Under the pieces are notes generated by a model. It saw only the letters and a program-made list of their open reading frames with translations. It had not been told where the DNA came from and ran no database searches. From assembly GCA_963740355.1 (NCBI GenBank), contig CAVUDW010000002.1, forward strand, positions 1,984,001 through 2,048,000: a DNA stretch of 64,000 bases, given 5' to 3'. The position numbers were made by a program, and so were the translations under genes. Numbering within the stretch: position 1 is the first letter of the stretch; every line of letters begins with the position of its first letter. This DNA comes from an uncultured Gemmatimonadaceae bacterium (GTDB lineage: Bacteria > Gemmatimonadota > Gemmatimonadetes > Gemmatimonadales > Gemmatimonadaceae). This document shows, in pieces, positions 51,915 through 62,347 of the stretch.

Positions 51915-53056
51915 CAGCGTTCGCCGATCGTGGTGATGGTCATGGTCTGGTTGTGGAGCAGTGCGTGCATGTCGGTGCCGGTGGACGGAGGCCCGATTTC
52001 GCCATTGCCGTAGAAGCCCGTCACCACGACGCCAGGCGCGAGCTGGCTGACCTCTTCGATCTCTTCTTCCGTCCTGCTGCGGAGCACCTCACGGCGACCG
52101 ATGCACGACACACAGAGCACTGCACTCGGCGCGACGCCGTTCATCCCGGCTTGGGCGCCACGTATCGCGTGTGCGGCGGCGTCGAGAATGCTGTCATTGG
52201 TCGAGCGCATGAGTCGCACGCGGAAGCCCTGCGGCATGTCGCCCGCAAAGCGGAGCGAGCCTGCCTCGTCGTCGATGCCAAGGATCGTGCGCACGACCAT
52301 CGGGCCGCCGTCGGGCGGCGTGAGCGAAAGCGGAAAGCGCAGTGCACTGCCTGGCAGTTCCGCGGCCAGATCGCCGAGATACCGACGATAGATGTCCAGC
52401 GCACGCTGGTCGTCCAGTTCGTACACCGTTGCGCCATCCGCGCGCGAGATGATCCGCTCTGGCCCGAATGGCTCCCATCCACCGCCACTCGCAGTGCCGA
52501 TCGCGAGACGCTCACCACTGAGCGTCACGGCGACGACGCGTCGCTCCATCGGCGGTCCATCAACACCAAGCCCGGTCCTGACGAACGACACGCCATCGCT
52601 TGCCAGCCCGCCAGACACGGTCACGCCCTGGCGCAGTGCGGTGTTGAATGCTGCCGTGAATGCCGCGCCGTTGAGGTAGAGGCCGTCGAGGAGCAGCAGC
52701 ACATGCCGAACGGATGGATCGACGCTGATGTCCTGCCCGAGCTCGCGGCCGAGTGTCTCGCTCGCCACCACACCAACGCCATCACGCGTGTACACCTGCA
52801 CCGACGCCGCGTCGAAGGCGAGGCCGGTCAGCACGACTTCGGCGTCGAGCAGGTCGAGTCCATCGATCTGGCCACCGGCGGTGGAGTAGACGAGCCGTGC
52901 GTTCGGCCAGCGCTCGCGGACCTCCACAAACCAGCGATCGGGTGGTGCGTCGACCGGACCGAACGCGAGCAGCAGTTGCACGTCCGCTTGTACGCCGGTG
53001 TGGGGGGCGTCAGACCACCCAGCGTCGGAGGACCAGCGGAGTGAGAAGGCACGCAT
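51914..53056 (-). CDS. FIST N/C-domain sensor (NosP-like)
   Basis: STAGGQI, GGLASDG, GWEPFG, SCIGRR, GFYGNGEI and LHNQT motifs. Confidence 0.88.
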   Translation of the reverse strand: MRAFSLRWSSDAGWSDAPHTGVQADVQLLLAFGPVDAPPDRWFVEVRERWPNARLVYSTAGGQIDGLDLLDAEVVLTGLAFDAASVQVYTRDGVGVVASETLGRELGQDISVDPSVRHVLLLLDGLYLNGAAFTAAFNTALRQGVTVSGGLASDGVSFVRTGLGVDGPPMERRVVAVTLSGERLAIGTASGGGWEPFGPERIISRADGATVYELDDQRALDIYRRYLGDLAAELPGSALRFPLSLTPPDGGPMVVRTILGIDDEAGSLRFAGDMPQGFRVRLMRSTNDSILDAAAHAIRGAQAGMNGVAPSAVLCVSCIGRREVLRSRTEEEIEEVSQLAPGVVVTGFYGNGEIGPPSTGTDMHALLHNQTMTITTIGER

Positions 53057-53122
53057 TCGAGTGGGCGGGTGAGGACGACCTCAACGTTCGACGAAGTGCC
53101 GTCCGGCACCTGCTGCCTGAGA

Positions 53123-53149
53123 GGGTCGACCAGTGGGGGGTGGACTTGA
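53123..53149 (-). promoter_or_regulatory. Possible sigma28 promoter for the FIST-GGDEF/EAL pair
   Basis: Minus strand TCAAG-N14-GTCGACCC. Confidence 0.35.
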
Positions 53150-53185
53150 GATGCTAGCGTTCGAAATGCAGGACGATCGCTGGCC

Positions 53186-55609
53186 TCAGACCTCGAGAAA
53201 TTCCTCGACCAGCTGTTTGTCCCGAGCGGGAGCGGCCGCTGCCTTGGGGCGCGGTGGCCGACGGGTGGCCCCGCGCGCTGTCTCCCGACCGTTATTCGCG
53301 CCACGATCTCGTTCCTCGCGGCTGTTCCAGTCGCGCGTCTTGAAGCCCTGTGCCGCGTCGCCGAGCTTGGCGGCTTGTGCCCGCATCTCCTCGGCGCCTG
53401 ACGCGCCTTCTTCGGCGCCAGCGGCGACCGACTGCGCGAGACTGTTGAGCTCACTCATGCGACCGGTGATGTCGCGCACCTGATCTCGCTGTGACGTGAT
53501 CTCCTTCGTCATGCTGGACGCTGTTTCATCCACACGTTCGACGGCGATCGCGATCGCTGCCAGCACGCGCTGCACATCATCTCGCAGCGTCACGCCACGA
53601 TCCGCATCCTGCACGGCGGCCTCGATCATGGCGCTGGTGCTGCGCGCAGCCTCGGCGCTACGGAGCGCCAGCGCGCGGACTTCCTCGGCCACCACGGCGA
53701 AACCGCGGCCGGCGTCACCCGCCCGTGCTGCCTCGACGGCGGCGTTGAGCGCCAGCAGGTTGGTCTGGAACGCAATCTCGTCGATGGTCTTCACCACCTT
53801 GCTGGTTGCGTCGCTCGATTCCTTGATGCGCGTGATGGCATCGCCAAGGTCACTTGCCACGCGGGTGCCGTTCTGGACGTTCTCGCGTGCCGTCGCGGCC
53901 AGTGTGGTGACGTCGGCGGCGCTGCGTGCCACACGTTCGGCCATCTCCGACAGGTCCTTCGTCGCTGCATCCACGGCCTCGATCGCGCCGGCCTGCCGCT
54001 GCGAGTTGTGGGCGAGGGTCTCGCTGGTGGCGGCGATGTGCTCGGAGGCGTCGGCAACCTGATGCACCGACTGGCGCACCTGCCGCATGGCGACGGAGAG
54101 CTGCTCGGCCGCCGTGTTGACCGAATGGGCAATCGCGGAATAGTCGCCCTGGTATTCGCCAAGCATCCGCACTTCGAGGTCACGTGCGGCCATGCCTTCG
54201 AGCGCACCCTTGGCTTCGCTGAGCGGGCGCTCGATGGCGTCCAGCATGCGATTCAACTCCTGCACCAACTCCCTGAATTCCCCTTCGAACTCCGCGGGTT
54301 CGGCGCGGACGTTGAGGGTGCCGGCGACGGCGGAATCGGCCATCTGTCGGCTCGTCTTCACCAGCGAACGCATGGTTTCCTGCACCAGTGCAACGGCGAC
54401 GCCAGTGCCACGTGATGCGGTGATCATGCCGTCCAGGCTGCCCGCCATCACGCCCAGTTCGTCGTTGCTGGTGATGGCCAACAGTGGAATGTTGTCGTCG
54501 ATCGTGCCATCGAACTGACCGCGCGACAGGCGGCTGAGCACATCCTGGATCTGCACGAGCAGTTGTGACTGCACCTGCTGGGCGCGTTGTGTGACGCGCT
54601 GCGTGACGCGCAGCACGTTGCGGATGGTCTGTGTGGCAGCCGAAACCGAGACGAGCAACACCGTCAGGCTGCCGATCAGCACCACCAGCAACGTCGAGAG
54701 CGCCTTGGTCGACTCGGTCTTCGCTCGCGACGTGAGCGAGTCGGTGAGGGCCATCTCGAGTGAGCGCTGCTTGTTGATGACGGCGCTGGCGGCAGTGAAC
54801 CAACCCGTGATTGTGACAGGGATGACCGCCCCAGCCGGCACACTCTCGACGGTTGACCGGAAGGTCGCCATCGTCTTGTGCTCCGGCATGGCGTCGATCA
54901 CGCCGAGCTCGCCCAGAAAGGATTGGGCCGCGCCGCCGCGCAACTGTTCGGACGCGATCTCCTGCCCGATGACCGATGTCACCCACGAGCGCTGCATCGA
55001 TGCCGTCGGGAACGCTCCACTGGTGAGCGCCGCGTTGAGCGTGCCGCGTTCAATCGCAGACCATTCCTTGAGGTGCCCCAGCATGTCGATCTGGCGCATC
55101 GAGGCGCGCGCATCGTTCGACGTGATGCCTTCGCTGTAGGCATCGAGTGCTTCGCGCAGGGTGTTGATGTTCGCGCTGTACCGTTGCAGCGCGAGCTCGG
55201 CCGAGACCTGGCGCGAGTCGACGGCCGCACGCGTGAGTCCGACCGTATCGATCGCGCCTTCGATTGCCGCTGCGGTGGGTGCCAGCGTTGCGATCCGGGT
55301 GGTGGACATCGACGTGCGATACGCGTCACGCACGCTATCCGAGACAAGTCTCTGGGCGGCCAGTTCACTGGCGAACTTCGTGCCTCCACTCGCGACGTAG
55401 GCTGCCGACAGCCCGCGCTCCATCTGCCATTCGTGGACCAGCGCTGTCGTACTGCCGAGCAGCACCGTGATCCGCTCCAGATCTCGCCCGTCGCGCCAGC
55501 TTCGAAATTGCTCCGTGATGACGACGCTGGCGAAGGCGATCGCAATCAGCAGCGGGAGGCCGGCCGCCGCGATCAGCTTGCCGCGGAGACCGGAGAAGAA
55601 GTAGCGCAT
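53186..55609 (-). CDS. Methyl-accepting chemotaxis protein with NIT-like sensor domain
   Basis: [10 protein letters not shown] and KEWSAIERG (NIT-like), HAMP region, [20 protein letters not shown]. Confidence 0.9.
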   Translation of the reverse strand: MRYFFSGLRGKLIAAAGLPLLIAIAFASVVITEQFRSWRDGRDLERITVLLGSTTALVHEWQMERGLSAAYVASGGTKFASELAAQRLVSDSVRDAYRTSMSTTRIATLAPTAAAIEGAIDTVGLTRAAVDSRQVSAELALQRYSANINTLREALDAYSEGITSNDARASMRQIDMLGHLKEWSAIERGTLNAALTSGAFPTASMQRSWVTSVIGQEIASEQLRGGAAQSFLGELGVIDAMPEHKTMATFRSTVESVPAGAVIPVTITGWFTAASAVINKQRSLEMALTDSLTSRAKTESTKALSTLLVVLIGSLTVLLVSVSAATQTIRNVLRVTQRVTQRAQQVQSQLLVQIQDVLSRLSRGQFDGTIDDNIPLLAITSNDELGVMAGSLDGMITASRGTGVAVALVQETMRSLVKTSRQMADSAVAGTLNVRAEPAEFEGEFRELVQELNRMLDAIERPLSEAKGALEGMAARDLEVRMLGEYQGDYSAIAHSVNTAAEQLSVAMRQVRQSVHQVADASEHIAATSETLAHNSQRQAGAIEAVDAATKDLSEMAERVARSAADVTTLAATARENVQNGTRVASDLGDAITRIKESSDATSKVVKTIDEIAFQTNLLALNAAVEAARAGDAGRGFAVVAEEVRALALRSAEAARSTSAMIEAAVQDADRGVTLRDDVQRVLAAIAIAVERVDETASSMTKEITSQRDQVRDITGRMSELNSLAQSVAAGAEEGASGAEEMRAQAAKLGDAAQGFKTRDWNSREERDRGANNGRETARGATRRPPRPKAAAAPARDKQLVEEFLEV

Positions 55610-55671
55610 GAGGAGGCGGACGGATGCCGAGGGTTTGGCGGCGCCCGAGTGACGCATGCCATCCGAAGGAA

Positions 55672-55699
55672 GTGTCGGCCTCGATATATCAGGGCTTGA
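55672..55699 (-). promoter_or_regulatory. Possible sigma28 promoter for the MCP
   Basis: Minus strand TCAAG-N15-GCCGACAC upstream of a chemoreceptor. Confidence 0.45.
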
Positions 55700-55724
55700 C
55701 CCCGATTAGCGCATATCGAGCAAA

Positions 55725-56675
55725 TTACCGGGGCGGACTGCCCGGATGGGCTGACAGAAACGCCAGTATCCTCGGGCTTACCACGCTTGCCTGCTCGAGA
55801 TTCGGCAGATGGCCGGCGGAATCAACGGCGACGTACTCGATGCCCGGAATCGCGTCGCGGACCACGCCGGAATTGGTGATCGGCACCGTGGTGTCCTCCT
55901 TGCCCCAGATCAGGAGGACCGGCACGCCTGTCTTGCCGACGGCGGCGTAGTGCGCCGCGTAGTCGGTCTGGCTGGCGGTGATCGATGACCTGAGCAACGC
56001 GCGGCCGAAGCCCCGATAACGCATCTGCGGGCGGTAGCGGTCAGCCCAGTCGGGCCAGCGACCGGGGTGAAGGAAGTCGGATGACTGGCCGTCAGCGGCC
56101 TTCGGCGCTTGCATGACCTGCCAGAACCAGGGGCCGATCACGGGCAATGTGAGAAACGCTGGAACCGATGGGGCGACCGCCACCGGGTCCACCAACGTCA
56201 GTGTCCGCACTCGGTTTGCGTGGGTGGCCGCGTAGTGTCCAGTCACGAATCCACCGTATGACAACCCCATCAAGTCGATCGGCCCGCTGACGTGCAGTGA
56301 GTCGAGGAGTCCACTCAACTGCCGGTCATACAGCGCGCCGTCGTAAATCACATCGGGACGATCGGAGAGCCCACGACCGTAGACGTCATACCGAATCACG
56401 CGATACCCGGCGGCGCTGAGTGCGACCGCGGTCGAGTCCCAGATGTAGTAGGGCACCGAGAAGCCGTGCACCAGCACCGCCACGCGGCCGGTGTCCGGCC
56501 CCAGCACCTCGTAGTGCGTCACGCCATCCGCGAGGGTCACGAATTTCCCGGGAGCGCCGGCGCGACTCTCGGCGTCGAGTGTCGCGGTTTCCGGATTCCG
56601 CCAGAAGAATGCGCCGAAGGCACTGGCGACAGCGACGAGCACGAGGAGGGCGATGGCGCGAAGGAAGCGTTTCAT
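55725..56675 (-). CDS. Alpha/beta hydrolase, N-terminally anchored
   Basis: LVHGF, GLSYGG nucleophile elbow, WGKED and AGH motifs. Confidence 0.88.
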   Translation of the reverse strand: MKRFLRAIALLVLVAVASAFGAFFWRNPETATLDAESRAGAPGKFVTLADGVTHYEVLGPDTGRVAVLVHGFSVPYYIWDSTAVALSAAGYRVIRYDVYGRGLSDRPDVIYDGALYDRQLSGLLDSLHVSGPIDLMGLSYGGFVTGHYAATHANRVRTLTLVDPVAVAPSVPAFLTLPVIGPWFWQVMQAPKAADGQSSDFLHPGRWPDWADRYRPQMRYRGFGRALLRSSITASQTDYAAHYAAVGKTGVPVLLIWGKEDTTVPITNSGVVRDAIPGIEYVAVDSAGHLPNLEQASVVSPRILAFLSAHPGSPPR

Positions 56676-56796
56676 GCGACGGGGGCGAGGGGAAGAGTCC
56701 GGTCGCCGAAACATGCCAAGGCGGTCAGTATTTCGCACTCCCGCGAATAGCTTCCGAATTCCCAGCGCAGGCACGCCCACCGTTTCCGGTAGTGAG

Positions 56797-57399
56797 ATGT
56801 CGGTCCAGCGCCCAGCATGCGACGAAGCCCTGCGCGCTCGGCTTGACGCGATCTGCGTCGAGGGGTGGGAGCTGTTCGAGGAATTCGACACGCGTGTGCG
56901 CGACAAGGAATTCCATCCCTTCGTGAACGCCGACTACGAATCGGTGCGTGACGCCTTGCTGCTCCATCGCGCGCCAGGCGCCCGCTTCCTGGAATGGGGA
57001 TCGGCCACCGGGGTGATCACCATCATGGCCGCAATGATGGGCTTCGATGCCATCGGGATCGAGATCGATTCGTCGCTGGTGCGGACGGCGCGCCAGTTGG
57101 CGAAGAAGCATGGCGCAGCGGCACGATTCGTCGAGGGGAGCTTTCTACCGACCGGGTATCGTTGGCGCTCGCCGGTGGCCAACGATGTGTCGTTCACCAC
57201 TGGCGAAGGCCTGTCGGGATACCTGCAGCTCGGTATCGCCCTCGACGACTTCGATGTCGTGTTCGGATACCCGTGGGGCGGGGAAGCGCCGATGATGCTC
57301 GACCTGATGCGGCAGTATGGCAGGGACGACGCGTTGCTGCTGTTGAACGATACGACGGGCGGCGTACGAGCCTATCGCGGCGGCAAGGAAGTGGCGTGA
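56797..57399 (+). CDS. SAM-dependent methyltransferase
   Basis: FLEWGSATG, GIEID and FGYPW motifs. Confidence 0.78.
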   Translation: MSVQRPACDEALRARLDAICVEGWELFEEFDTRVRDKEFHPFVNADYESVRDALLLHRAPGARFLEWGSATGVITIMAAMMGFDAIGIEIDSSLVRTARQLAKKHGAAARFVEGSFLPTGYRWRSPVANDVSFTTGEGLSGYLQLGIALDDFDVVFGYPWGGEAPMMLDLMRQYGRDDALLLLNDTTGGVRAYRGGKEVA

Positions 57400-57452
57400 C
57401 GTTCGCCGGACCGGTGCGGCGACGTCGGCCGAAAGCTGTCGTGCCGTCTTGT

Positions 57453-58763
57453 TCAGGCGCTCCGCCGAGTCGTGACCGCGCGCCCCACCAGGTACACCAG
57501 CGCACCGGCGATCGTTGCGATCACCACATCGCGCGTTTCGGCCCACGAGGTTCCCGTCAACAGCCAGACGATGAGGCCCAACGCCAGGACAGGGATTGTC
57601 ATGCCGCCAGGAAGCATGAACAACGCGGGCGACATCGTTGGACGCCGTCGGAAGACAGGGATCGAGATGATGGTCACCACGAAGGCGAACAGCCGTGAAA
57701 TGGTGCTGATGGTGAGCAGGTAGATGTGGCCGCGGGTCAGGGTCAGGATCAGGACCGCGGCACAGGACAGCACGATGGAGAGGACCGGGGTGCGGTATTC
57801 CGGATGGAGCACGGCAAGCGCGCGCGGCAGTTGTTTCGCCTCGGCCATCGCGAAGGGAATGCGGGAGATCGCGAGAATGCCGCCATTGATCGTGCCGAGC
57901 ATGGAGATCGCCGCCCCGATCACGATGATGGTGGCACCAGCGGGGCCAAGAAAGGTTCGCGCGGCATCAGCCAGCGGGCGAGTGGACTGCGCCAGCCCTG
58001 GCAGGGTGCCAACGCACACCGCCTGAATGCCGACGTAGAGCGCTGCCACTCCGATCAGCCCCACCGCCAGCGAGAATGGGGCGTCCTTGCGCGGTTCGCG
58101 CATCTCACCGGCCGCCACCAGTGCCGTTTCCCAGCCGACGAACGCAAATCCCAGCAACAACACTGCCGACGAAAAATCCTTGCGGCTCGGATCGATGGCG
58201 AAGTTGAACTGCGCGGCGTCGATGTGGGGCAGGCCAAGCGCAACGAACAGCAGCAGCGGCGCGAGTTTGGCGATGGTGATGAGCGTGCCGAAACGCGTCG
58301 CACCACGCGTGCCATGAATGTGCAGCGCAGCCAGCGAACAGATCACCAACGTCAAGAGGAGTGCACGCGGCACGCCGCTGCCAACGGCGGGCACCAGAAA
58401 TGACAGGTACTCCGCCAGCACGCCGGCGATGGCGCACAATCCGGTGACGCGCGCGAGCCAGAGCAGCCAGCCGACCACGAATGCCGTGAACGGTCCGAAG
58501 GCCTCGGCGGCATACATGTATGGCCCGCCGGTTTCAGTAAACCGACTGCTGACCTCTGCAAAACAGGCGACGATGAACCCCATCAGCAGCGCGCATGCGA
58601 CGATCGCCAGCAGCCCCCACGCACCCAGCAGCGCGTGCACCTTTTGCGGCAGCCCGAAGATGCCGGCACCGACGATACCGTTGATCACCAACGCAACCAT
58701 GTCCCATCGTCCGACGACGCGCAGCAGGCCGGGCGACGCGGGCTTGACCGTCGGTGCCGTCAT
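57453..58763 (-). CDS. APC-family amino acid permease
   Basis: IVGAGIF, TGGPY and FAFVGWE motifs; about 12 TM segments. Confidence 0.9.
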   Translation of the reverse strand: MTAPTVKPASPGLLRVVGRWDMVALVINGIVGAGIFGLPQKVHALLGAWGLLAIVACALLMGFIVACFAEVSSRFTETGGPYMYAAEAFGPFTAFVVGWLLWLARVTGLCAIAGVLAEYLSFLVPAVGSGVPRALLLTLVICSLAALHIHGTRGATRFGTLITIAKLAPLLLFVALGLPHIDAAQFNFAIDPSRKDFSSAVLLLGFAFVGWETALVAAGEMREPRKDAPFSLAVGLIGVAALYVGIQAVCVGTLPGLAQSTRPLADAARTFLGPAGATIIVIGAAISMLGTINGGILAISRIPFAMAEAKQLPRALAVLHPEYRTPVLSIVLSCAAVLILTLTRGHIYLLTISTISRLFAFVVTIISIPVFRRRPTMSPALFMLPGGMTIPVLALGLIVWLLTGTSWAETRDVVIATIAGALVYLVGRAVTTRRSA

Positions 58764-59905
58764 GTGACGGGCGCAACGGATGCGCCTCGCAGTGCGGTTG
58801 TCGAAGGCTGTGCGAGCGAACCGCGCAACCGCGGCATCACCATCTCACCAAATCGCCGGCACTCTTCGAGATGTGGATATCCCGACAGGATGAAGGTCGA
58901 AATGCCAAGCGCCTGATAGGCGCGCAGCTTCGCTTCCACCTGTTCGGGGTTGCCGACGATCGCGACACCCACACCGCTTCGTGCCAATCCAACACCGGCC
59001 CACAGATGATCATCCACCACCAGTGACGGGCCTGACGCAAGCGCGCGCTGCCGTCGCTGCCCCTCGGAGTCCGCGCTCTCTGCTGCAGCGATGAATGCCG
59101 CGCGTGTCGCCGGATCGATGCGGCTGATCAGGCGCTCCGCCGCGTCCCACGCCTCGGCTTCCGTCTCGCGCACGATGACATGACAGCGCAGGCCATAACG
59201 CACAGTACGGCCAGCGATCACTTCCTGCGCGCGCATCGTCTCGAGTCGGGCCGCCACCGCTGCCACCGTATCACCCCACACCAGGTAGACATCGGCCAGT
59301 TCCGCGGCGAGTTGCTGGGCTGCGGTGCTGTGGCCGCCGAGATAGATAGGGATCGCGGGCGATGGTTTGGGGGCCAGCAGCGCGCCGGTGGTCTGATAGA
59401 ACTCGCCGGCAAAATCGACCACGGGTTCACTCCACAATCGCCGCAGGACCTGCATGAATTCACGCGTGCGGGCGTAGCGGGTGTCATGTGTCTCGTGATC
59501 GCCGTACATCGCATTCTCGGCCGGATTGGAACCGGTCACGATGTTGATGCGCACGCGACCGGGGAAGAGCGTGGCGGCGGTGGCGGCCATCTTGGCGAAG
59601 ATCGCCGGATGAAACATTCCCGGTCGCACGGCGATCAACAGTCCGGCGCCTTCCGTTCGCGCCAGGGTCGCGACAGATGCGGTCCACGCATCGTGTTCGG
59701 CGTGGAAATTGGTCGCAGTCAGCAGGCTGCTGAAGCCCATCTCGCTTGCGGTTTCGACCAGGCTCGCGAGGTAGGGGAGTGTTGGCCGGCGATGTGGCCC
59801 AGCACCCAGGAATTCACCATCCGCAGCAAGCTGGCAGAACCAGAGCAGGTCGAGTGGATCGGCCGCGCTGTGGCCAGACGCAGGGGGCTGCAACGCGACG
59901 GTCAT
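58760..59905 (-). CDS. LLM-class flavin-dependent monooxygenase (SsuD-like)
   Basis: LIAVRPG, GRVRINIVTG, ADVYLVWG and FILSGYPHLEE motifs. Confidence 0.87.
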   Translation of the reverse strand: MTVALQPPASGHSAADPLDLLWFCQLAADGEFLGAGPHRRPTLPYLASLVETASEMGFSSLLTATNFHAEHDAWTASVATLARTEGAGLLIAVRPGMFHPAIFAKMAATAATLFPGRVRINIVTGSNPAENAMYGDHETHDTRYARTREFMQVLRRLWSEPVVDFAGEFYQTTGALLAPKPSPAIPIYLGGHSTAAQQLAAELADVYLVWGDTVAAVAARLETMRAQEVIAGRTVRYGLRCHVIVRETEAEAWDAAERLISRIDPATRAAFIAAAESADSEGQRRQRALASGPSLVVDDHLWAGVGLARSGVGVAIVGNPEQVEAKLRAYQALGISTFILSGYPHLEECRRFGEMVMPRLRGSLAQPSTTALRGASVAPVT

Positions 59906-59981
59906 CTGGGTCGGTCGAGGGTTCGGCGCGCGGACGCCGCGCATCACGGCGAAGTCGCGAGGCGGCGTCGGCTCTCTTCGG

Positions 59982-60010
59982 AGGCTACGGAGTGCGGGAG
60001 ATGACGTCAA
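59982..60010 (-). promoter_or_regulatory. Sigma70-like promoter for the LLM-permease operon
   Basis: Minus strand TTGACG-N17-TAGCCT. Confidence 0.45.
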
Positions 60011-60162
60011 GGCGTCGGCAGTGTGCCGCGCAGTTGCTGCGTCAGCGTGCAGCATCCAATGGCAGTCCGTCGTATATATCGCGGTGTCATCTCGTCGTCC
60101 CGAACGTGCCGGGTGCGAGGGTGCCGACTCTGCGGCCGACACGACCAATTGGAGACTGACAC

Positions 60163-60690
60163 GTGCGCCTCAACGTTCTTGCGCGACGAGTGCACTACTG
60201 GGTGACGCTCGGCATCGCGCTTCCCGTCGCCGTGATCATCAGCACGGGAGTGTTGCTTCAAATCAAGAAGCAGTCGCACTGGGTGCAGCCGAAGGAGATT
60301 CGTGGCACCGGCACGACGCCAACTCTCGACCTGCACCAGATCGTCGCGGCCGTGCAGACCGTACCTGCGTTGGGTGTCACAGGGTGGGACGACATCAAGC
60401 GCATGGACATTCGTGCTGATCGAGGCCTTGCCAAGGTCACCGTGAAAGGGGATTGGGAGGTACAGGTGGACCTCGGCACGGGTCGCGTGCTCCAGGCCGC
60501 GTATCGACGATCGGACCTGATCGAGTCGCTCCACGATGGATCGTTCTTCCTTGGTGACCTGACCAAGCTTGGCCTGTTCCTGCCGACTGGAATTGCCCTG
60601 GTGGTGATGTGGCTCTCCGGACTGTGGATGTTCTGGCTCCCATTCTCCGTCCGACGCAAGCGGCGCCGCGCGCTCGTCGTCCCATCGTGA
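60163..60690 (+). CDS. PepSY-associated TM-domain protein
   Basis: RRVHYW..STGVLL, IESLHDGSF and SGLWMF motifs. Confidence 0.78.
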   Translation: MRLNVLARRVHYWVTLGIALPVAVIISTGVLLQIKKQSHWVQPKEIRGTGTTPTLDLHQIVAAVQTVPALGVTGWDDIKRMDIRADRGLAKVTVKGDWEVQVDLGTGRVLQAAYRRSDLIESLHDGSFFLGDLTKLGLFLPTGIALVVMWLSGLWMFWLPFSVRRKRRRALVVPS

Positions 60691-60700
60691 GGTGCGCGAC

Positions 60701-62335
60701 ATGACCACATCGCGCCGCGCATTCGTGGTCAGTGGTGGTGTATTGCTGCTTGGTGCGACGAGGCCGCGCTCGCCGCGCTTTACTGCTCGGGCAAACGTGG
60801 ACCTGATCCTTCGTGGTGGCACGGTCTACGACGGCACCGGAGCCCAGGGACGGGAGGTTGATGTTGCCATTCGTGGCGACCGTGTCGTGGCCATCGGCGC
60901 GTCGCTCCCCGAACGGGGCACGACGGAAATCGATGTGCGTGGTATGGCGGTGGCGCCTGGCTTTGTCGACATCCACTCACACGGTGATGGCTCGCTAGGC
61001 GAAGATCCCCGGGCCGAGTCCGTGATTCGACAGGGGATCACGACCATCGTGGTCGGTGCGGATGGGAGTTCACGAGCCACGGGCACAGCTGCGAAGTCGT
61101 TCGCTGGATTGTTCGCGAGGATCGACCGCGCGCACGTGGCACCCAACGTGGCCTCGATGATCGGACTTGGCAGTGTGCGAGGCGCTGTTGTGGGAAACAA
61201 CAATCGCCGCGCGACAGCCTCCGAGCTGCGGCGCATGGTGGCGATGGTCGATCGGGCACTAGCCGACGGTGCCTGCGGTGCATCGTCGGGGTTGGAATAC
61301 ACTCCGGGTGCGTTTGCGTCACCCGAGGAACTGGTCGCCTTGTGCACGCCGCTGTCTCGCCGCGGACTGTCTTATGCCACCCATATGCGCAACGAAGACG
61401 ACCGCCTGCTGGACGCCATCGCCGAGTCGATCGCGGTGGCCCGTGGGGCTCGTTGTGGGTTGCAGATTTCGCACCTGAAGACGCAGGGACCGCGCAACTG
61501 GAGCAAGCTGCAACAGGCGTTCGACCAGATCGACGCGGCACGCGCTGCCGGTATCGATGTGGCTTTCGACCGCTATCCCTATGTCGCCTACGCCACTGGC
61601 CTGACGAATCTCTTTCCAGTCTGGAGTCGCGACGGCAGCACGGCGGCGTTCCTCACCCGTCTGCGCAATCCGCAGACCGCGCCGAAAATCGAGGCCGAGA
61701 CCCTCGCCAAGGTGGAATTGATCGGCGGGTGGGACAACGTGCAGATCACATCCGTGCCCTCGCCATCCGATCGAGATGTGCAGGGGAAACGTTTCGGAAC
61801 CTGGGCGAGTTCGATCGGCAAGCGGCCCTACGAGGCGGCTGTCGCACTGCTGGAACGCAATCAGGGACGCGTCGACATGGCAGGCTTCGCGATGAGTGAG
61901 GAAAATCTCGAACGAATTCTTGCGCATCCGCTGGGCATGGTCTGCAGCGACGGCGGCGCCTTTGCCGTCGATGGGCCGACACGGCGTGGCAGCCCACACC
62001 CACGCGGCGCTGGAAGTTTTCCCCGCGTGCTCGGTCGCTATGTCCGCGAGCGAAAGATCCTGCCGCTTCCGGAAGCGATTCGAAAGCTGACCTCACTGCC
62101 GGCCGATCGGCTCAGGCTGGGGGAGCGTGGTCGATTGGCGGTTGGCAAGGCTGCGGATGTCGTGGTCTTCGATCCGGCGCGCATTGCCGATACCGCCACC
62201 TACGAGCGCCCATTCCAGTACCCAGTGGGCATCTCGCTGGTGATCGTGAATGGGCAGGTTGCCTTGCGCGATGGCGTCCGCAGCCGCGTGCTGACCGGCA
62301 GGGCATTGCGTAGCGATCCGGTGCGCGGTTCATGA
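60701..62335 (+). CDS. N-acyl-D-amino-acid deacylase (amidohydrolase), Tat-like signal
   Basis: SRRAFV, PGFVDIHSH, THMRNE and PHPRG motifs. Confidence 0.88.
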   Translation: MTTSRRAFVVSGGVLLLGATRPRSPRFTARANVDLILRGGTVYDGTGAQGREVDVAIRGDRVVAIGASLPERGTTEIDVRGMAVAPGFVDIHSHGDGSLGEDPRAESVIRQGITTIVVGADGSSRATGTAAKSFAGLFARIDRAHVAPNVASMIGLGSVRGAVVGNNNRRATASELRRMVAMVDRALADGACGASSGLEYTPGAFASPEELVALCTPLSRRGLSYATHMRNEDDRLLDAIAESIAVARGARCGLQISHLKTQGPRNWSKLQQAFDQIDAARAAGIDVAFDRYPYVAYATGLTNLFPVWSRDGSTAAFLTRLRNPQTAPKIEAETLAKVELIGGWDNVQITSVPSPSDRDVQGKRFGTWASSIGKRPYEAAVALLERNQGRVDMAGFAMSEENLERILAHPLGMVCSDGGAFAVDGPTRRGSPHPRGAGSFPRVLGRYVRERKILPLPEAIRKLTSLPADRLRLGERGRLAVGKAADVVVFDPARIADTATYERPFQYPVGISLVIVNGQVALRDGVRSRVLTGRALRSDPVRGS

Positions 62336-62347
62336 CGTAGTTGGGAG

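Noticed and set aside
55680..55720. c-di-GMP riboswitch upstream of the MCP (CTCGATAT..ATATCGAG stem)
   Set aside because: It lacks the GEMM consensus and overlaps a sigma28-like promoter, which explains the region more simply
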